From Octopus vulgaris (lineage: Eukaryota), in NCBI GenBank assembly GCA_951406725.2, contig OX597815.1:33418001-33482000 (forward strand): a DNA stretch of 64,000 bases. Direction: 5' to 3'. The notes below the pieces were generated by a model. That model was not told the origin of the DNA. It did not search any database and saw only the letters and a program-made list of their open reading frames with translations. The position numbers and the translations under genes are program-made. Shown here one piece after another: positions 57,480 through 64,000 of the stretch (position 1 is the stretch's first letter; the number at the start of each line of letters is the position of its first letter).

Positions 57480-57649
57480 TGGTCTGTGACCACGCCAGTT
57501 CTCGCGAGACTTGAGTGTAGTGATGGGGAAACAGCAAAATGGCGACTATTGATGGCTACGCGATAGACTAAAAGACAGAGGGACGTTTTAAAGAAAGAGA
57601 GAAGAAAAGAAACAAATTAATAAGAATTAACTGCAATATATCTCTAGCC
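57480..57649 (+). promoter_or_regulatory. DIP2 promoter/5' UTR: TCTCGCGAGA (57500-57509) and YY1-type CAAAATGGCG (57535-57544)
   Basis: Both motifs seen ~105-150 bp upstream of the ATG in a CpG-retaining zone. Confidence 0.7.
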
Positions 57650-57734
57650 ATGGCAGACATTGATGTGGACATAACATCTCTTCCTGAAGATGTTCAAGAA
57701 AAACTTGCTGAATTGGATCTTGAACTATCGGAAG
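57650..57734 (+). CDS. DIP2: Disco-interacting protein 2 homolog, coding exon 1 (start of the DMAP1-binding domain)
   Basis: gccATGG context; MADIDVDITSLPEDVQEKLAELDLELSE-G|gtaggt matches the DIP2 N-terminal LP.EV...LAELELELSEG(DITQKG); phase-1 donor; exon 2 not seen in the window. Confidence 0.9.
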
Positions 57735-59041
57735 GTAGGTTAGAGAGACGTTGAAAAAAATTCCCCTCCTCCCTCGTTGTTGTTGTTCAGAATACAATTT
57801 ATGTTACAGCAGTTTTAACACTGCAAATTATGTTACAGCAGTCTTCGTTTGGCATGAAGTCCAGGTGTCTCATATTATATATATATATTTATATATATAT
57901 ATATATATATATTTTATATATATAGATATATATGTATATAATCTCATTTTACTTTCTTTTTAAGATTGTTGACTATTTATAATTTTCGCACTTAGTCATT
58001 TACAGTTGATTTTTAGGAGTTTGATCGTAATGAAAATAGGAATTCAGCAATCGGCGATGCTAAATGAATAATTATATATTTGTGAATTCGGTTTTCTGCG
58101 TGAAAATGTTTACCGTGAATATTTGCAGACATTACTGACATACATAAGACTAGGCTAAATATTCAACTTAAGATTTTCGTCTGCATATTCTGTCTTTCCC
58201 TTTTAAGATATTTCATCGGCTCATGTCGCACTAACACGACAATCATACATACATATATATACACGCACATATATATGTGTGTGTGAAATAGTAATGATCT
58301 ATGTTTGTAACTTTTTCTATATTAATTTTAAAAGTATCTATTCTTAATGTATGTGATAATATCTATTACATCTCAGCTATATTTTCTGTATATCAGAAAC
58401 TCGTTTCTTCACTTCCTCCTTTTACTATAAAATTAAACACTCACAAAAACTAAATATATTCTCCTCACCACTATTAAATGAGATACATTCTGGATTTTCC
58501 GAATTTTTCATTATAATGATTATAATATAAAACAATAACGTTAATATATAATATCTCTCTCTCAAACAGAAACATTTAATAAATTGAGTGAGAAAATATC
58601 TTGTCGAAGAAGTGAGTCGCATTTGAATTCTGTTCAGTGAACATTTCCTATCACTCATATTCTCTCACACATTCACAAAAAGGGAAAAATTGGAATCATG
58701 TAGCTTAAGATATGATTCATTGACATTTTATGTCCGGTTTCTCCTCGAATAGAGCAGTTTGACTGAGGTGTGTGTTTGTGTGCGTGTGTGTGTATGATGT
58801 ATGTATGTGTATGGCCACATTAACTGTTAATAAAAGAGAGAATGGTTCTATTATTTCTCTTCTGAGAATAATTTCATCGCCAAAATGGTACCCCGGCTTC
58901 AGTGACGCCACATTTGTCTGAGTCTCATATGCATACATTTCTATTGAGTACATTTTCTCACAGTTCTGTATACCTCAACACACACACATAATATGCATAC
59001 ATCTATACATTACGCACACACACACATACATGTGTGTGTAA

Positions 59042-59073
<32 letters not shown>

Positions 59074-60057
59074 TATTATATATAAAGAGAGAGAGAGAGA
59101 AAACAGGAGAATAATGAATACATGTACAGTTTATACGTTTGAATGCGATGATTCATTGTGTTGCTACTCAGAGTTGGTCCGACGGTGATTCATTATCCTC
59201 GAACAAATACATATACACTCATAGTGCATACGATTTGGGAGAGTGCGTTAAGTTTATTACTAGGCACAGTGTGGACCATCAGAACGAGGACGGATTATCT
59301 CATTATACATACACACATATATATACATAGGACTGTATTATCATATATATATATATATGCCTTTACTATATGTTTTGACGTTTAGACTGCAACTGTCATT
59401 GTAGTCAAGCTGAAATCTTCATTACTGAGCTTTTTTTCCTTCTCCCTTTGTCGCCACTTTCTTTACATCCAACACTACTTTTCTCTCCCCCTTTCTTTTT
59501 CATTAATTATTGCATTCGGTGTCATTTTATAGAACAGATTCTTTCGTTAAAATTCACCTTAGCTTCAGCCAGTTGAGCCTGGGTTTATTTTCGTCCATCA
59601 AATTCATATAGATACTTGCATATATGTATCGTCATCGTCGTAGGTGTCGTTTTACGTCCATTTTCCTCCCATGTTCGCATGGGTCAAACGGGATTTTTTG
59701 AGGCAGATTTCCTACTACTGGGTGCCCCTTTTGTCGCCAACACTCACTTGTTTCCAAGTAAGGTAATCTCCCCACCTACCAATCATGTTTCCATGGAAGA
59801 TTGGAAACGAAGGACACTGCTTGCATGACGGTGATGCTCGTTTACAACTATCACGTGATGGCAAGACAAGGCGACTGTAACACACGCATGTATGCACATA
59901 TACACTCATAGCAATATATATATATATATATTCTTTCAGTCAACCAAATTTATTTGTCCTGTGGCGAGAAGACATTTGCTCAAAGTGCCAACCAGTGAGG
60001 CTGTACTCGAAGCTGTGTAATTAAAAAATCTTTTTAAGCACAAAATCGCACTCGAAC

Positions 60058-60100
<43 letters not shown>

Positions 60101-60378
60101 GTGACACACACACACATACTACATACATACACATGAACATAAATGCGTATTGTTATTAAGTGGATGTATTTGAGATTGATTCTTTTCTCATTATTTCACG
60201 TGCATTGGTTATAGATCTAATGAATTTCAAATTAGTTGTATAGCACTTGTAGCAAATACTTTAATTAGATGATTTAAGCTGCACCTTGTGAAGTTCAGTG
60301 TATACCTATATATATGTAGTTTCTATACAAAGGTAAATGTGTATATGCACACACACACATACATACACACACACGCAC

Positions 60379-60421
<43 letters not shown>

Positions 60422-61334
60422 TCTTTCGTTTACTTCCGCTTTTCTATGCATTAGTCACATAAATTTTGTTGAGGTAAGTTTTCTATATCTGCATACCCTG
60501 CATCTCACCACCCTATTCCTCTGAACAAACAAGTTAATATTCCCATTACATTTGCATACAAGATACAAACAAAGGTGCCATGCAGTAGGACTGAACTCGG
60601 GCCATGTGATTGAGAAGCAGGCTTATTAATCTTACGTTGATGCCTGCATCTGCTATATATATGCATTTATATATTTATGTATATCCGTGTGTGTGTGTAT
60701 ATATATACGCACACATATTCCTCTATACAAATAAACATGTATGCATATGAGTGTGTGTGTGTGTATGTAAATATATACATATATTCACATACATTTTCTT
60801 TGACTTAACAACCTTTCCAATCTTTCCCTTTCTAGTCTACACCTACAACTCTCCACACCTCTTTCCTTCAATGACTCTCACAGGATTCCTATCCACCCTA
60901 GTCTGTTGCTCCATCCCTGTCCCCTTTTCCTGCAGCTATCAACTCTATCTCTCTTTCTTGCAATTGCTCTCTCAAATTTTTACTTCAGCCTAGTCTGTTG
61001 CTCCTTTCCTGTTTCCTTTCCCCTAACACCTATCTATACTTAGTCCTTTATAATATTGGACAGCCTCCCCACCCCTCAACCATCCCTTGCACAACCCACC
61101 CTATCACCTTTTCAACTTTATCCTTCCTTTTTACTCAATCATGTCACTAATTCCTTCCTTCTCTTCTGTTCCCTACCATGGTTTTTCCTCTCACCACTCA
61201 TTATCCTTCCACCTAGAATCATTGCTCACTTATTTTCCTGTTCTCCTTCAGTTATAGGGGCCACTTGATGCTTTTAACCTTACAAGATATGAAGCAGTCA
61301 TCACTAGTTCCAGTGTCACAGAATATATAGATAT

Positions 61335-62650
61335 GTCAATTCATTTTAAAAGCTATTGCTGAGCTATGGGTGTCCAGCTCACTCAGCATGGTCTGTAGTT
61401 GATTTATGTTTTTAGCAATAAGTATATCAATTAGAGCTGTATGTGTAACTCACCATTGATGTTCATGCCACCTAACCTGTCAGTGTCTCTGATGACTATT
61501 TCTAGACATTTGGTGAAGAGCTTTGGCAAGATGGTGTCTCCTTCTCTGATGTCCTTCCCAGTTGGAACTCTTACTGGTGATGATAGCAGAGTTATATCAG
61601 TGGAGCATGTATAATTTGCATCCCTGAGCATACATCTTCGATGCTATCAAAGACCTTATCATAGTCAACAAAAGCAATGCACAGAGGTGGCTTGTACTCT
61701 TCCGTGTTAGAGTGAATATGTGACCCATTGTACTAGTTCTTACACAAACTTACTCGCTCCCTCAGCTGCAGGTCATCGTGATGTTTCAATAGTCTGGTGA
61801 CTAAGAGCTTTGTAAACAGCTTGTAGAAGTGACAAGAGGCATATAGTTCAATAATTTCTTAAATCTTCTTTTGAAGCAAGATGGTATTTGACTCTTTTCA
61901 CAGAGAGGGCATTTTATCCTCCTTCAGACAGTGATTGAAGCATAGAATAAGACTTCTCCCATAGCTCTTCAATACTGCACCTTAACATCTCTGTTGTTAT
62001 GCTGCCTTTTCCCGGAACTTTGTCTGCTTTCATCATCTTGAAGGCTCTTTACATTTTCCTTGACCAGAATAGGCCTTAAAATGAATTGAATGAAAACAAT
62101 GCACATGGTCTGAAAATATAGCTCAAGGCTAAATAGAGGTGGGAAGCAATGAAATTGAAAAGGTAAAGGCATATGTCTACTTAGAGTACACAATGAATAT
62201 GTGCCAAAAAATGGATGCTGAAATCTTGAAGAGAATAAGGACAGGGTGAAAGGCATTCACCACAATAAAGGATGTGATCAGAGCAAAGCTGGACAAGGTC
62301 ATATGTGCCAGACTATTCAATGGCATCATCCGATCTATGTGGACTCTTGCAAGGAAGGAAGAACATTGATTGGCTACAAAGCAAAGGGCTATGGAAAGAT
62401 CTATACTAGGAATATGATTGTGAGAACATATGTGAAATGAAAAAAACTGGACAGAGTGGAATGAATGATGTGATCACAAAATACTTAAAGCACAAGTTCT
62501 GCTGGACCAGACATGTCACAAGGTTCACTGGCAATAAGTGAACGTGTGCAGTTGCCAAGTGGTATCTAAGAGATTGGAAAAGGCCACTATGATAACGGGA
62601 AACCAATTTAGTTTAACGATTTGGGCCAAGGTATAAAACAATGGTGCAGT
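61335..62650. mobile_element. RTE LINE relic with inverted 5' part (61335-62050 on -, 62060-62650 on +)
   Basis: Minus: ...IREGDTILPKLFT...INGE...AFKMN; plus: IGLKMN...KVKAYVYL and a later WAGH-like region. Confidence 0.7.
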
Positions 62651-63099
62651 CATGAAAGAATGGGAAGTGCATTGTGACCAGTGAATGTGTAATGATGTCT
62701 GATAGTCTGGTCAATACAGTGATATGTGCGTGCATGTATGTGTGTGTGTATATATATCACACACACATAAATATACAATATATACATATATCTGTGCATG
62801 ATATGTATATTTATATATATATATTTATACTTATCTATCTGTTTATATGGATATGTGTATGTGTATATATATTGCATACATAGACATATATAAATATACA
62901 TATACAATACATCTGTGCATTATATGGATATATGTATATGTATACACACACACTCATGTCCATTTTACATTCTACTTTTCCATACTTGGCATTTTTCAGC
63001 ATAAATTTGTTTAGGTAGGTTGCACTTTCTGTCAAATATTTATCTGTTTTGTCATAGCTGCACATGTTTCATGTGCATGCATACACACACACACATATA

Positions 63100-63430
63100 T
63101 GCAGGGCCTTTTTGGTTTCCTTAAACCAGATCCACTTACAAGGCTCTTCTTCTGTGGATCAGGTTTGTAGTTAAAGACACTAGCCCCAAATGTCATGCAG
63201 TGTGACTGAATATGAAACCAAGTGGTTGGGAAGTGAACTTCTGAAATCACACAGCCATGCCTGATTCTATATCATTATTGGCTGTGTGGTTAAGAAGCTT
63301 GCTTCCCAACCATGTAGTTCTGGATTGAGTTCCACAGTAAAACACCTTGGGCAAGTATCTTCCACTTTAACAATGAGCCAACAAAAGCCTTGTGAATGGA
63401 TTTGGAAGATGGAAACTAATAAAAGCCCAT
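63100..63430. mobile_element. Two head-to-head SINE A 5' halves
   Basis: Minus copy ends ~63262; plus copy starts ~63279. Confidence 0.7.
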
Positions 63431-64000
63431 TGTGGGTATTTGTGTGTGTGTGGTTGAGAAGGTTGACCATAGAAAATCTGCTTCAATATGCTATGTGACT
63501 CCTGCAAATATGCAAAAGTGGGCATAAATGATGAGGATGATGATAATGTATGTGTGTCTATGTATTTATACACACACATAGATATGTGTGTGTGTCTCCA
63601 CTTGTCTTGGTATCATGTGATACTGTAAACATGGATCATCCTTATACAAATGGTGTCATTTGTTTTCAGTCACTTGTGAGAAACATCTTGCCAGGGGGAA
63701 ATATTATCTTGGAAACAGGTGAGTGTTGGTGACAGGAAGGACATCAACTTCATTGAACTCCATTCAGAGCTATGCAACCATAGTAAAATAGACAATAAAC
63801 AATGAGGAGGAGGATTTTCAAAACTTGCATGGGTCAGATGAAATTTGATGAGACAGATTTTTCTAAGGCAGGATGCCCTTTCTGTTATTAACCCTCATCT
63901 GTTTCCAAGCAGGTAATATTTCCTCAAGGCCAGACATGTTTTCAAAGATTGGAAATAAAGGATACTGCTTGACAATAATACTCATATATAACTGTTGCTT

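Noticed and set aside
57735-64000. DIP2 exon 2 (expected DITQKGYEKKR)
   Set aside because: Not found by eye; presumably beyond the window

Overview
AT-rich, intron/intergenic-type eukaryotic DNA packed with microsatellites and repeats whose style points to a coleoid cephalopod, probably Octopus (inferred from repeat families, not proven). Almost all ORFs in the supplied track are microsatellite or repeat artefacts. The one host coding exon I can support was missed by the track: exon 1 of a DIP2 (disco-interacting protein 2) homolog at 57650-57734 (+). It lies in a CpG-retaining promoter with a perfect TCTCGCGAGA palindrome and a YY1-type motif. The rest is tRNA-SINEs (at least 4 families), RTE and R4-like LINE fragments, two mariner relics, a Helitron, a hAT MITE, piggyBac-like MITEs and a Gypsy 3' end with its LTR. 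The most interesting signal is a set of short elements carrying minimal hammerhead-ribozyme (HHR) motifs of the Penelope-like/retrozyme type, several arranged back-to-back in fold-back palindromes, together with many long hairpins. Coordinates were read by eye, so repeat boundaries are approximate.
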